Shown: positions 39,572 to 52,193, numbered from the stretch's first letter. The stretch: 64,000 nucleotides of DNA from Escherichia coli (GCF_001677475.2 NZ_CP015229.1); one strand, 5' to 3'. Numbers and translations are program-made. Notes: generated from the sequence alone by a model not told the origin.

Positions 39572-40741
39572 TTAGCTGTTGGCAACGCAAACTGTTTCAG
39601 GTTGTTTTCTGGCTGACATAAACACCAGCAATAATGCCAGTCCCGCGACAATCGCCCCCATCACCGGCACAAAGCTGTATCCCAGCCCAGCGGAAATTAC
39701 CGCACCACCAGCAGCTGCTCCCAGCGCATTTCCAAGATTAAAGGCACCAATATTGACTGATGAAGACAGACCTGGCGCTTCACTGGCGACACGCATCACG
39801 CGCATCTGTAACGGCGGTACGACCGCAAAGGTTGCAGCGCCCCACACCACCATGCTAATAGCTGCGCCGAACTCATTGCGGGCCAGGAACGGGATTGCCA
39901 GCATAATCACCATCAGCAGCAACAAAAAGCCTTTCAACGTGCCGTTAACTGAACGATCTGCCAGTTTGCCGCCGAGATAGTTACCGATAGAGAATCCGAC
40001 ACCAATCAGCACCAGCATTGCCGTGACGAACACCGGCGTTGCGTGGGTAATGCTTTGCAGTACCGGAGAGATATAGGTGTAGAGGGTAAACATTGCACCA
40101 GCTCCCAGTACCGTCGTCAGCAATGCAGACAGCACCTGCGGACGCATTAATACCGCCAGCTCTTTTTTCACTTCAGGTCGCGCCCCTGCTCCACCTTTAG
40201 GTAATGAGAAGAACAGACTTACCATTGAAATCACGCCCAGCCCCGCCGTTGCCAGAAATGACATCCGCCAGCCGATGGTTTCGCCCAACCAGGTCGCTGC
40301 CGGAACGCCACCGATATTTGCCAGGGTTAACCCCATAAACATAGTGGCAACTGCGCTGGCCTGTTTATGTTTTGGCACCACGCTTGCGGCCACAACTGAA
40401 CCCAAACCAAAAAATGCTCCGTGATTCAGGCTGGTCAAAATGCGTGAAAGCATGAGAGTCATATAATCCGGCGCGATGGCGGAAAGTACGTTGCCGAGCG
40501 TGAAAATCGCCATCAGGAAAATCAACGCACTGCGGCGAGCACGATGAGAAAGTAGAAGCGTCATCAGCGGCGCGCCAACCATTACGCCAACTGCATAGGC
40601 ACTGATTAACATTCCGGCAGCGGGAATCGAGACATCCACACCGCGCGCAATGACGGGCAATAAGCCCATTGGCGAGAACTCCGTTGTCCCGATACCAAAC
40701 GCGCCAATCGCCAGCGCCAGCAACGGATAGTTAATTTTCAT
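39572..40741 (-). CDS. ydhP: MFS transporter
   Basis: 389 aa; 12 predicted transmembrane helices. Confidence 0.85.
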   Translation of the reverse strand: MKINYPLLALAIGAFGIGTTEFSPMGLLPVIARGVDVSIPAAGMLISAYAVGVMVGAPLMTLLLSHRARRSALIFLMAIFTLGNVLSAIAPDYMTLMLSRILTSLNHGAFFGLGSVVAASVVPKHKQASAVATMFMGLTLANIGGVPAATWLGETIGWRMSFLATAGLGVISMVSLFFSLPKGGAGARPEVKKELAVLMRPQVLSALLTTVLGAGAMFTLYTYISPVLQSITHATPVFVTAMLVLIGVGFSIGNYLGGKLADRSVNGTLKGFLLLLMVIMLAIPFLARNEFGAAISMVVWGAATFAVVPPLQMRVMRVASEAPGLSSSVNIGAFNLGNALGAAAGGAVISAGLGYSFVPVMGAIVAGLALLLVFMSARKQPETVCVANS

Positions 40742-40906
40742 GCCTTATCTCCACCTCTTCGCGTCATTACGCGATATTCATTAAAGTGGCGAAAGCATGA
40801 CAGCAATCACAAAAAAATGAAAATAACAAAAAGAGAAAACACTTTTGCCATTTTGCTAACAAACAGGAAAGAGAGGCGAGGGAGAACGCGCTCCCTCGAG
40901 AGGAAA

Positions 40907-40996
40907 TCAGTGCAGCGCGGCAGTCAAACCCACGGCCACGATCAAACCGAGGACGATAATCGTTGTTACCAGTGAAAATTTAAGGTCGGTGCTCAT
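40907..40996 (-). CDS. ynhF: Small hydrophobic protein (29 aa)
   Basis: Reverse complement encodes MSTDLKFSLVTTIIVLGLIVAVGLTAALH; followed on minus strand by hairpin CGAGGGAG-N6-CTCCCTCG (40877-40898). Confidence 0.6.
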   Translation of the reverse strand: MSTDLKFSLVTTIIVLGLIVAVGLTAALH

Positions 40997-41234
40997 CAAG
41001 TTTTCTCCTTTTTTATTACCACACAAAAAGTGATATTACGCATTTTTACACACTGTGATGAAAAAATCTCCCGTCATTTATAATGATAAGTGTTTTTACC
41101 ACTTCCCCTTTTCGTCAAGATCGGCCAAAATTCCACGCTTACACTATTTGCGTACTGGCCATTGACCCCTTCCTGACGCTCCGTGTCGTTTTTCCGGCGT
41201 ACCGCAACACTTTTGTTGTGCGTAAGGTGTGTAA

Positions 41235-41250
41235 AGGCAAACGTTTACCT
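41235..41250. promoter_or_regulatory. Putative PurR box (AGGCAAACGTTTACCT) in purR leader
   Basis: Core GCAAACGTTTAC resembles the PurR operator consensus ACGCAAACGTTTGCGT. Confidence 0.45.
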
Positions 41251-41294
41251 TGCGATTTTGCAGGAGCTGAAGTTAGGGTCTGGAGTGAAATGGA

Positions 41295-42320
41295 ATGGCA
41301 ACAATAAAAGATGTAGCGAAACGAGCAAACGTTTCCACTACAACTGTGTCACACGTGATCAACAAAACACGTTTCGTCGCTGAAGAAACGCGCAACGCCG
41401 TGTGGGCAGCGATTAAAGAATTACACTACTCCCCTAGCGCGGTGGCGCGTAGCCTGAAGGTTAACCACACTAAGTCTATCGGTTTGCTGGCGACCAGCAG
41501 CGAAGCGGCCTATTTTGCCGAGATCATTGAAGCGGTTGAAAAAAATTGCTTCCAGAAAGGTTACACCCTGATTCTGGGCAATGCGTGGAACAATCTTGAG
41601 AAACAGCGGGCTTATCTCTCGATGATGGCGCAAAAACGCGTCGATGGTCTGCTGGTGATGTGTTCTGAGTACCCAGAGCCGTTGCTGGCGATGCTGGAAG
41701 AGTATCGCCATATCCCAATGGTGGTGATGGACTGGGGTGAAGCAAAAGCTGACTTCACCGATGCGGTCATTGATAACGCGTTCGAAGGCGGCTACATGGC
41801 CGGGCGTTATCTGATTGAACGCGGTCACCGCGAAATCGGCGTTATCCCTGGCCCGCTGGAACGTAACACCGGCGCAGGCCGCCTTGCCGGTTTTATGAAG
41901 GCGATGGAAGAAGCGATGATCAAGGTGCCGGAAAGCTGGATTGTACAGGGTGATTTTGAACCTGAATCCGGTTATCGCGCCATGCAGCAAATACTGTCGC
42001 AGCCGCATCGCCCTACTGCCGTCTTCTGTGGTGGCGATATCATGGCAATGGGCGCACTTTGTGCTGCTGATGAAATGGGTCTGCGCGTGCCGCAGGATGT
42101 TTCGCTGATCGGTTATGATAACGTGCGCAACGCCCGCTATTTTACGCCGGCGCTGACCACGATCCATCAGCCAAAAGATTCGCTGGGTGAAACAGCGTTC
42201 AACATGCTGTTGGATCGTATCGTCAACAAACGTGAAGAACCGCAATCCATTGAAGTGCATCCGCGGTTGATTGAACGCCGCTCCGTGGCTGACGGCCCGT
42301 TCCGCGACTATCGCCGTTAA
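41295..42320 (+). CDS. purR: Purine repressor (LacI family)
   Basis: 341 aa; N-terminal [24 protein letters not shown]. Confidence 0.95.
41323..41338. promoter_or_regulatory. Putative second PurR box within purR coding sequence (GAGCAAACGTTTCCAC)
   Basis: Core GCAAACGTTTCC inside codons 10-15 of purR; consistent with purR autoregulation. Confidence 0.4.
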
Positions 42321-43249
42321 TCACCTGTTGCGGGAGTCTCTTCCGGCTCCCGCAGCCACTCCTTATTCAGCGTCTCACTATCGCCGAGATACTCAAGCAA
42401 CCAGGTTAACGCAGGCGACATATCATTTTGCTGCCATGTCAGACAACATGCCGAATCCGGGAAGGGGTTTTCCAGTTCTAGTGCTACCCACTTACCCTCA
42501 TTAAGCCACGGTTTGGCGAAATGTGTTGGCACCATCCCTATGCATAATCCTGCCGAGATACAGGTTGCCGATGATTCCCAGTCAGGCACGACAAGTCTTT
42601 TTTGGTTATCCAGCAACCAGGTAATACGTTTAGGTAGCGTTCGCGAGGTGTCTTCGCGCACCAACGACGGCCAGTTGCGCAACGTATCATCGCTGAACGG
42701 GCCATCCATCAACGCCAGCGGGTGGTGACTGGCAACAACGCAACTCCAGCTTAGCATCCCCATATCCCGGAAGGCATAACGACCGCCTACCGGAATCGCG
42801 CGTGTTGCGCCAATCGCCAGTTCCACGCGCCCGTCGGAAAGCGCATCCCAGACACCGTTGAACACTTCCTGAAAGACAAGAAGTTCGACATCATCAAAAT
42901 GGCGATAAAAATCAACGATCATCTGCCGTGTACGTTCTGGCCTGACAATATTATCCACTGCGATAGCTAACTGACCGCGCCAGCCGTTCGCTATCTGCTG
43001 ACATTGCTGGCGGGTGATCTGCATTTTTTTGACAACAGAGCGCCCTTCTTTGAGAAACCACGCCCCGGCAGCGGTCAGTTCCACATCACGGTGACGTCGT
43101 TCAAACAGCGGCACCGCCAGCCACTCTTCCAGCTGACGCACGGTATAGCTGACCGCAGAAGGAACGCGATGCAACTCCTGTGCCGCAGCGCTAAAACTAC
43201 CATTACGCGCTACCGCATCAACAACTTCGAGTGAATATTCTGACCACAT
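42317..43249 (-). CDS. punR: LysR-family transcriptional regulator (YdhB/PunR)
   Basis: 310 aa; N-terminal LysR HTH; 3' end overlaps purR 3' end by 4 bp; divergent from punC. Confidence 0.85.
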
Positions 43250-43361
43250 AGTCTGCCTGCAAAATTTTTGAAACCAGTCATCAAATATTACCGTTTCACA
43301 ACACTAATTTCACTCCCTACACTTTGCGGCGGTGTTTAATTGAGAGATTTAGAGAATATAC

Positions 43362-44573
43362 ATGCAACCTGGGAAAAGATTTTTAGTCTGGCTGGCGGGT
43401 TTGAGCGTACTCGGTTTTCTGGCAACCGATATGTATCTGCCTGCTTTCGCCGCCATACAGGCCGACCTGCAAACGCCTGCGTCTGCTGTCAGTGCCAGCC
43501 TTAGTCTGTTCCTTGCCGGTTTTGCCGCAGCCCAGCTTCTGTGGGGGCCGCTCTCCGACCGTTATGGTCGTAAACCGGTATTATTAATCGGCCTGACAAT
43601 TTTTGCGTTAGGTAGTCTGGGGATGCTGTGGGTAGAAAACGCCGCCACGCTGCTGGTATTGCGTTTTGTACAGGCTGTGGGTGTCTGCGCCGCGGCGGTT
43701 ATCTGGCAAGCGTTAGTGACGGATTATTATCCTTCACAGAAAGTTAACCGTATTTTTGCGACCATCATGCCGCTGGTGGGTCTATCTCCGGCACTGGCTC
43801 CTCTGTTAGGAAGCTGGCTGCTGGTCCATTTTTCCTGGCAGGCGATTTTCGCCACCCTGTTTGCCATTACCGTGGTGCTGATTCTGCCTATTTTCTGGCT
43901 CAAACCCACGACGAAGGCCCGTAACAATAGTCAGGATGGTCTGACCTTTACCGACCTGCTACGTTCTAAAACCTATCGCGGCAACGTGCTGATATACGCA
44001 GCCTGTTCAGCCAGTTTTTTTGCATGGTTGACCGGTTCACCGTTCATCCTTAGTGAAATGGGCTACAGCCCGGCAGTTATTGGTTTAAGTTATGTCCCGC
44101 AAACTATCGCGTTTCTGATTGGTGGTTATGGCTGTCGCGCCGCACTGCAGAAATGGCAAGGCAAGCAGTTATTACCGTGGTTGCTGGTGCTGTTTGCTGT
44201 CAGCGTCATTGCGACCTGGGCTGCGGGCTTCATTAGCCATGTGTCGCTAGTCGAAATCCTGATCCCATTCTGTGTGATGGCGATTGCCAATGGCGCGATC
44301 TACCCGATTGTTGTCGCCCAGGCGCTGCGTCCCTTCCCACATGCAACTGGTCGCGCCGCAGCGTTGCAGAACACTCTACAACTGGGTCTGTGCTTCCTCG
44401 CAAGTCTGGTAGTTTCCTGGCTTATCAGTATCAGCACGCCATTGCTCACCACCACCAGCGTGATGTTATCAACAGTAGTGCTGGTTGCTCTGGGTTACAT
44501 GATGCAACGTTGTGAAGAAGTTGACTGCCAGAATCATGGCAATGCCGAAGTCGCTCATAGCGAATCACACTGA
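43362..44573 (+). CDS. punC: MFS efflux transporter (YdhC/PunC)
   Basis: 403 aa; Bcr/CflA-type MFS. Confidence 0.85.
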   Translation: MQPGKRFLVWLAGLSVLGFLATDMYLPAFAAIQADLQTPASAVSASLSLFLAGFAAAQLLWGPLSDRYGRKPVLLIGLTIFALGSLGMLWVENAATLLVLRFVQAVGVCAAAVIWQALVTDYYPSQKVNRIFATIMPLVGLSPALAPLLGSWLLVHFSWQAIFATLFAITVVLILPIFWLKPTTKARNNSQDGLTFTDLLRSKTYRGNVLIYAACSASFFAWLTGSPFILSEMGYSPAVIGLSYVPQTIAFLIGGYGCRAALQKWQGKQLLPWLLVLFAVSVIATWAAGFISHVSLVEILIPFCVMAIANGAIYPIVVAQALRPFPHATGRAAALQNTLQLGLCFLASLVVSWLISISTPLLTTTSVMLSTVVLVALGYMMQRCEEVDCQNHGNAEVAHSESH

Positions 44574-44863
44574 TCTATATCGATATACTTATACTTAGGC
44601 TGCTAACAAAATTTTGTTGTATGATTGAAATTAGCGGCCTATACTAATTTCGAGTTGTTAAAGCTACGATAAATATTATGTTTTTACGGGGACAGGATCG
44701 TTCCCGACTCACTATGGATGGTCATTTCGGCAAGGGTTCCTCCTTTCCCTCTGTTCTACGTCGGATTATAGACTCGCGGTTTTTTCTGCGAGATTTCTCA
44801 CAAAGCCCAAAAAGCGTCTACGCTGTTTTAAGGTTCTGATCACCGACCAGTGATGGAGAAACT

Positions 44864-46012
44864 ATGAGTTCATCGTGTATAGAAGAAGTCAGTGTACCGG
44901 ATGACAACTGGTACCGTATCGCCAACGAATTACTTAGCCGTGCCGGTATAGCCATTAACGGTTCTGCCCCGGCGGATATTCGTGTGAAAAACCCCGATTT
45001 TTTTAAACGCGTTCTGCAAGAAGGATCGTTGGGGTTAGGCGAAAGTTATATGGATGGCTGGTGGGAATGTGACCGACTGGATATGTTTTTTAGCAAAGTC
45101 TTACGCGCAGGTCTCGAGAACCAACTCCCCCATCATTTCAAAGACACGCTGCGTATTGCCGGCGCTCGTCTCTTCAATCTGCAGAGTAAAAAACGTGCCT
45201 GGATAGTCGGCAAAGAGCATTACGATTTGGGTAATGACTTGTTCAGCCGCATGCTTGATCCCTTCATGCAATATTCCTGCGCTTACTGGAAAGATGCCGA
45301 TAATCTGGAATCTGCCCAGCAGGCGAAGCTCAAAATGATTTGTGAAAAATTGCAGTTAAAACCAGGGATGCGCGTACTGGATATTGGCTGCGGCTGGGGC
45401 GGACTGGCGCACTACATGGCATCTAATTATGACGTAAGCGTGGTTGGCGTCACCATTTCTGCCGAACAGCAAAAAATGGCTCAGGAACGCTGTGAAGGCC
45501 TGGATGTCACCATTTTGCTGCAAGATTATCGTGACCTGAACGACCAGTTTGATCGTATTGTTTCTGTGGGGATGTTCGAGCACGTCGGACCGAAAAATTA
45601 CGATACCTATTTTGCGGTGGTGGATCGTAATTTGAAACCGGAAGGCATATTCCTGCTCCATACTATCGGTTCGAAAAAAACCGATCTGAATGTTGATCCC
45701 TGGATTAATAAATATATTTTTCCGAACGGTTGCCTGCCCTCTGTACGCCAGATTGCTCAGTCCAGCGAACCCCACTTTGTGATGGAAGACTGGCATAACT
45801 TCGGTGCTGATTACGATACTACGTTGATGGCGTGGTATGAACGATTCCTCGCCGCATGGCCAGAAATTGCGGATAACTACAGTGAACGCTTTAAACGGAT
45901 GTTTACCTATTATCTGAATGCCTGTGCAGGTGCTTTCCGCGCCCGTGATATTCAGCTCTGGCAGGTCGTGTTCTCACGCGGTGTTGAAAACGGCCTTCGA
46001 GTGGCTCGCTAA
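44864..46012 (+). CDS. cfa: Cyclopropane-fatty-acyl-phospholipid synthase
   Basis: 382 aa; SAM-binding motif VLDIGCGWGG. Confidence 0.93.
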   Translation: MSSSCIEEVSVPDDNWYRIANELLSRAGIAINGSAPADIRVKNPDFFKRVLQEGSLGLGESYMDGWWECDRLDMFFSKVLRAGLENQLPHHFKDTLRIAGARLFNLQSKKRAWIVGKEHYDLGNDLFSRMLDPFMQYSCAYWKDADNLESAQQAKLKMICEKLQLKPGMRVLDIGCGWGGLAHYMASNYDVSVVGVTISAEQQKMAQERCEGLDVTILLQDYRDLNDQFDRIVSVGMFEHVGPKNYDTYFAVVDRNLKPEGIFLLHTIGSKKTDLNVDPWINKYIFPNGCLPSVRQIAQSSEPHFVMEDWHNFGADYDTTLMAWYERFLAAWPEIADNYSERFKRMFTYYLNACAGAFRARDIQLWQVVFSRGVENGLRVAR

Positions 46013-46023
46013 AGGCTATTCTA

Positions 46024-46046
46024 TCGCCCCCTCTCCGGGGGCGATT
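46024..46046. terminator. Hairpin between convergent cfa and ribC
   Basis: ATCGCCCCC-TCTCC-GGGGGCGAT 9-bp GC-rich stem. Confidence 0.4.
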
Positions 46047-46051
46047 TCAGA

Positions 46052-46693
46052 TCAGGCTTCTGTACCTGGTTGATTCATGGCATTTTCTCGTGCCGCCAGC
46101 ACTCGTTCTACCGTATCTACCACTGCCTGAGTTTGTGGATCGATTTCAATGTTGACGCGTGCGCCAAGTTTTTTCTTCCCAAGAGTCGTGCGTTCCAGTG
46201 TTTCCGGAATTAAATGGACGCAAAAACGCGTTGGCGTGACTTCGCCGACGGTCAGGCTAATACCGTCGATGCCAATAAATCCTTTGTACAGAATATATTT
46301 CATCAACTGACTATCCTGGACTTTAAACCAGATCTGGCGATTATTTTCCGAGGTTAATATTTTCGCGACTTCAGCGGTGGTCATAATATGACCTGACATT
46401 AAGTGTCCGCCAATTTCATCGCTGAATTTCGCCGCACGCTCAACGTTTACCCAATCCCCCACTTTTAAATCGCCAAGATTGGTAATGCGTAACGTTTCTT
46501 TCATGAGGTCAAAACTGACATGGTTGCCGTTAATTTCCGTTACGGTCAGGCAGCAACCGTTATGCGCCACGGACGCACCGGTTTCCAGGCCGTCCAGCAT
46601 GTGGTCGGGTAACTCCACCACATGCGTGCGAAAATTTGGTTTCTCGTCAATCGACACCAGTTTTGCGGTGCCCTGTACAATCCCCGTAAACAT
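46052..46693 (-). CDS. ribC: Riboflavin synthase (alpha subunit)
   Basis: 213 aa; MFTGIV N-terminus and internal duplication typical of riboflavin synthase. Confidence 0.92.
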   Translation of the reverse strand: MFTGIVQGTAKLVSIDEKPNFRTHVVELPDHMLDGLETGASVAHNGCCLTVTEINGNHVSFDLMKETLRITNLGDLKVGDWVNVERAAKFSDEIGGHLMSGHIMTTAEVAKILTSENNRQIWFKVQDSQLMKYILYKGFIGIDGISLTVGEVTPTRFCVHLIPETLERTTLGKKKLGARVNIEIDPQTQAVVDTVERVLAARENAMNQPGTEA

Positions 46694-46886
46694 ACTTACA
46701 ACTCCTGAAATCAGTTAAGACATTCTGTTCAGCACAATAGCAGGTGGAAAACGCCCTTACCAGTGAAGGGGTAAGAATGGCTATTTTTTCACTGGAGAAT
46801 TAATAAATCCTCGCTACAATAGACTGAATTTCCCCTGCTTCTTCTTTTTGCTGCCCATTCAGGCGGCTTTTTAGTCTCTCATATAA

Positions 46887-48281
<1,395 letters not shown>

Positions 48282-48289
48282 TAAAGACA

Positions 48290-48324
48290 AGGCGCAACCT
48301 TCACGGGTTGCGCCTGTATTTTTA
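48290..48324. terminator. Terminator hairpin between convergent mdtK and ydhQ
   Basis: AGGCGCAACC-TTCACG-GGTTGCGCCT followed by T-run. Confidence 0.6.
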
Positions 48325-49578
48325 CGCAGGCTGGAGCGTTGCGCCAATCCCGTCTTCGTCTGGCTGTAGTTTCAGTGCGTTACACAGAGTTTGCCGACTG
48401 GCATCTGTTATCTCAACGTGTATATCACCGGTAACTTCCCCTTTCACATTGATGAAGTCAGGTGAGATTTCTTTCGCACTGGTTTGCAGGCAAATCGCTC
48501 CCTCTCCGCGCAGGCGTTTCACTTTCAGTTGCACATGCGTTGCCGCACCAGTGATCAGCCACAGTTTTCCGCCATTCAGATTGATGTTACCAACAATGAA
48601 AGTGACGCTGTCACCTTTTACCGTACTGCCGTCGAGAATCAACACACCGCCCTGCTGTACAGTAATCGTTGATTGTTGCAGCTCTGCGCCATAACCAATA
48701 ATCATTGAAGCGCCGTCCAGTAATGCAACACTCCCGGTCAGTTCAACCGGTGCGCGATCTTCCTCTACGACAAAATTTTCGTCCGCGCTGGTGGGTGACA
48801 ACAGGAGCACTGTTCCACCTTGTATTACCGCATTTTCCAGCGTACCGGCATGCACTTCAGCCCGACCACCCACATTCACGGACAGGTTTTGCGTCTTACC
48901 GGAACTGTAGAGCTGAAGGCCATCCGTCCCCAGACGATAAATGGATCCATTCTCAACAATAGTGTCAGAGTCTTCACCACCGAGATTATTCATGGTGCCA
49001 CCAGCAAGCAACGTATCACTGGCTTTCCCGGCCAGCATAAAAACGCCGCCCTGATTAATCTCACAATTGCTGGCTTCCCCACCTGGATACACCAACAATT
49101 CACCTCCTTCATCTACCACGACCGCTGAGGTTGTCCCATTGACCAACAGGCCGCCCTCTTGATCGAGAATAATTTTTTCCGCGCGATGGCCTTCCAGTAC
49201 ACGCAGGTTACCGCCATTTTCCAGTAACAAACCGCAGGCATAACCTTTATCAACGCTGAATTCACCTTCGGGATGGCGGCCATTAACCGTAGCGAGCGTA
49301 GAGAGACTAATTGCGCCTCCCTCAGACTGAACAATATCTGTGGCAATGGCACCGTCACTGACCGATAGCGTGCCATTGTTGCCGTACTGTGTGCATTTGG
49401 CGATCCCACCGGTTGCAACTTTCAACCAACCGGCCCCCGTGACCACGGTATTTTCGGCTCTTGCGCCAGCTTCAACAATTAACTCACCTTCAGTAAGTTG
49501 CGTCGCGCCAATGACCTCGCCGGTCTTAACAATTTGCACATTCCCGTCGCTCATCAAGTTTTTCGCATCAGATCCCAT
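48322..49578 (-). CDS. ydhQ: Autotransporter-adhesin-related beta-helix protein
   Basis: 418 aa; Gly/Thr/Val-rich repetitive beta-helix-like sequence; no obvious C-terminal beta-barrel translocator. Confidence 0.8.
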   Translation of the reverse strand: MGSDAKNLMSDGNVQIVKTGEVIGATQLTEGELIVEAGARAENTVVTGAGWLKVATGGIAKCTQYGNNGTLSVSDGAIATDIVQSEGGAISLSTLATVNGRHPEGEFSVDKGYACGLLLENGGNLRVLEGHRAEKIILDQEGGLLVNGTTSAVVVDEGGELLVYPGGEASNCEINQGGVFMLAGKASDTLLAGGTMNNLGGEDSDTIVENGSIYRLGTDGLQLYSSGKTQNLSVNVGGRAEVHAGTLENAVIQGGTVLLLSPTSADENFVVEEDRAPVELTGSVALLDGASMIIGYGAELQQSTITVQQGGVLILDGSTVKGDSVTFIVGNINLNGGKLWLITGAATHVQLKVKRLRGEGAICLQTSAKEISPDFINVKGEVTGDIHVEITDASRQTLCNALKLQPDEDGIGATLQPA

Positions 49579-49886
49579 GATTTATTCCTTTGCTGCATCT
49601 GTGTGCCTTTATTGCTACCTAAGTGTAAAGGCTACGGAGGATTTATCCACGACAGATTTTGAGATGGTGGCAAACAACTCTGTTTAAACTCTGATACACA
49701 GATTATTGGGTTGTGTCAGATGTAAATGCGATCCTGAATAAAAATCGCCCTTGCAAATCAACAAAATATAGCCAATTTGCTTAAAAGCTCTGCAAACGGT
49801 CGAAATACCGCAGAAAAATACGTTTTGCCTCTTGCCACCTTCCCACTCTGCCGCTAATATTCGTCCCCGTTGTCACCTACAACGTT

Positions 49887-49963
49887 GCGTTCATAGCTCA
49901 GTTGGTTAGAGCACCACCTTGACATGGTGGGGGTCGTTGGTTCGAGTCCAATTGAACGCACCA
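49887..49963 (+). tRNA. valV: tRNA-Val (anticodon GAC)
   Basis: 77-nt cloverleaf with anticodon loop CTTGACATG, T-loop GGTTCGAGTCC, encoded CCA end. Confidence 0.9.
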
Positions 49964-49967
49964 TCCT

Positions 49968-50044
49968 GCGTCCGTAGCTCAGTTGGTTAGAGCACCACCT
50001 TGACATGGTGGGGGTCGGTGGTTCGAGTCCACTCGGACGCACCA
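49968..50044 (+). tRNA. valW: tRNA-Val (anticodon GAC), tandem second copy
   Basis: 77 nt, 4-nt spacer after valV; differs from valV at a few acceptor and T-stem positions; CCA encoded. Confidence 0.9.
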
Positions 50045-50151
50045 GATTTTCTTAATCTGGTCTTCTCCTTTTTCCCTCTGTTTCTTCTCTGTATCCAATA
50101 CGTTAAAAGATTTACACTGTCTTCGTATGCGTTATCAGAAGGAGAATCGCT

Positions 50152-50457
50152 ATGGCAACTTTGTTACAACTTCATTTTGCTTTTAATGGCCCATTTGGCG
50201 ACGCAATGGCTGAGCAGCTTAAACCACTTGCTGAGTCGATTAATCAGGAACCTGGTTTTCTGTGGAAGGTATGGACAGAAAGTGAAAAGAACCACGAAGC
50301 CGGTGGGATCTACCTTTTTACTGATGAAAAAAGCGCCCTTGCCTATCTGGAAAAACATACTGCCCGACTGAAAAATCTCGGCGTTGAGGAAGTTGTCGCC
50401 AAAGTTTTCGATGTCAATGAGCCACTTAGTCAAATCAATCAGGCAAAACTCGCCTGA
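50152..50457 (+). CDS. ydhR: Small dimeric alpha/beta-barrel (monooxygenase-like) protein
   Basis: 101-aa ORF. Confidence 0.8.
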
Positions 50458-50582
50458 CAGAATTTAATCAAGGGCGGTTAGCGCCCTTTTTATCCCTGTC
50501 TGAAATTTCTCAAATTCTAAAAATCTCAACCAAACTTATCTGATAACACTAAATTCGAAAGAATGCGTACAGGTAAGTAACA

Positions 50583-52193
50583 ATGAAAAAAATTGCTATT
50601 GTGGGTGCCGGGCCTACGGGGATCTACACCTTATTCTCGCTTCTAGAGCAACAAACTCCACTTTCTATTTCTATCTTCGAGCAGGCTGACGAGGCCGGTG
50701 TCGGGATGCCATACAGTGATGAGGAAAACTCAAAAATGATGCTGGCAAATATTGCCAGTATTGAAATACCGCCGATTTATTGTTCGTATCTCGAATGGCT
50801 ACAAAAGCAAGAAGCCAGCCATCTCCAGCGTTATGGCGTTAAAAAAGAAACCTTGCACGATCGTCAGTTTTTACCGCGAATTCTGCTGGGCGAATATTTC
50901 CGCGATCAATTTTTACGATTAGTAGACCAGGCACGACAGCAAAAATTTGCAGTGGCTGTTTATGAATCATGTCAGGTTACCGATCTGCAAATTACAAATG
51001 CTGGCGTCATGCTCGCTACAAATCAGGATTTACCCAGCGAGACGTTTGATTTAGCGGTGATTGCCACGGGTCACGTCTGGCCTGATGAAGAAGAAGCAAC
51101 CAGAACGTATTTTCCCAGCCCGTGGTCAGGCCTGATGGAAGCAAAGGTCGATGCGTGTAACGTGGGTATTATGGGAACATCCTTGAGCGGACTGGATGCG
51201 GCAATGGCAGTGGCTATTCAGCATGGTTCGTTCATTGAAGATGATAAACAACACGTCGTTTTTCACCGCGATAACGCAAGTGAAAAGCTAAATATTACGT
51301 TAATGTCGCGCACGGGTATTTTACCCGAAGCCGATTTCTATTGCCCTATTCCCTACGAGCCCTTACACATCGTCACTGATCAGGCATTAAATGCTGAGAT
51401 TCAAAAAGGCGAATATGGCCTTTTGGATCGGGTATTTAGATTGATAGTAGAGGAAATCAAATTTGCTGATCCAGACTGGAGCCAACGCATAGCCTTAGAA
51501 AGCCTGAATGTCGATTCCTTTGCTCAAGCCTGGTTTGCCGAGCGCAAACAACGCGACCCATTCGACTGGGCAGAAAAAAATCTCCAGGAAGTCGAACGCA
51601 ATAAACGAGAAAAACATACTGTTCCCTGGCGTTATGTCATTCTGCGCCTGCATGAAGCCGTACAGGAAATTGTTCCTCATCTGAATGAACACGACCATAA
51701 ACGGTTCAGTAAAGGCCTTGCCCGGGTTTTCATCGATAATTATGCGGCAATCCCTTCAGAGTCTATTCGTCGACTACTGGCCTTACGTGAAGCGGGAATC
51801 ATTCATATTCTCGCCCTCGGTGAAGACTACGAAATGGAAATTAATGAGTCGCGCACCGTCCTGAAAACGGAAGACAATAGCTACTCGTTTGACGTTTTTA
51901 TTGATGCCCGCGGGCAGCGTCCGCTTAAAGTGAAAGATATTCCTTTCCCTGGACTACGCGAACAATTACAGAAAACAGGGGATGAAATCCCTGATGTTGG
52001 CGAAGATTATACGTTACAGCAACCCGAAGAAATTCGTGGGCGCGTAGCGTTCGGCGCGTTGCCCTGGTTGATGCACGACCAGCCATTTGTACAGGGACTT
52101 ACGGCATGTGCAGAAATTGGTGAGGCGATGGCTCAGGCGGTCGTAAAGCCTGCATCCCGTGCTCGTCGGCGTCTTTCGTTTAATCAAATGTAA
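50583..52193 (+). CDS. ydhS: FAD/NAD(P)-binding protein of unknown function
   Basis: 536-aa ORF; N-terminal dinucleotide-binding motif IAIVGAGPTG. Confidence 0.8.
   Translation: MKKIAIVGAGPTGIYTLFSLLEQQTPLSISIFEQADEAGVGMPYSDEENSKMMLANIASIEIPPIYCSYLEWLQKQEASHLQRYGVKKETLHDRQFLPRILLGEYFRDQFLRLVDQARQQKFAVAVYESCQVTDLQITNAGVMLATNQDLPSETFDLAVIATGHVWPDEEEATRTYFPSPWSGLMEAKVDACNVGIMGTSLSGLDAAMAVAIQHGSFIEDDKQHVVFHRDNASEKLNITLMSRTGILPEADFYCPIPYEPLHIVTDQALNAEIQKGEYGLLDRVFRLIVEEIKFADPDWSQRIALESLNVDSFAQAWFAERKQRDPFDWAEKNLQEVERNKREKHTVPWRYVILRLHEAVQEIVPHLNEHDHKRFSKGLARVFIDNYAAIPSESIRRLLALREAGIIHILALGEDYEMEINESRTVLKTEDNSYSFDVFIDARGQRPLKVKDIPFPGLREQLQKTGDEIPDVGEDYTLQQPEEIRGRVAFGALPWLMHDQPFVQGLTACAEIGEAMAQAVVKPASRARRRLSFNQM

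Noticed and set aside
41421-42260. 279-aa ORF antisense to purR
   Set aside because: Shadow ORF; purR on the plus strand has the recognisable LacI-family HTH and ligand-binding domain.
49887-50150. Genomic island or prophage integrated at the tRNA-Val locus
   Set aside because: valW is followed directly by ydhR with no integrase gene and no duplicated tRNA 3' segment.
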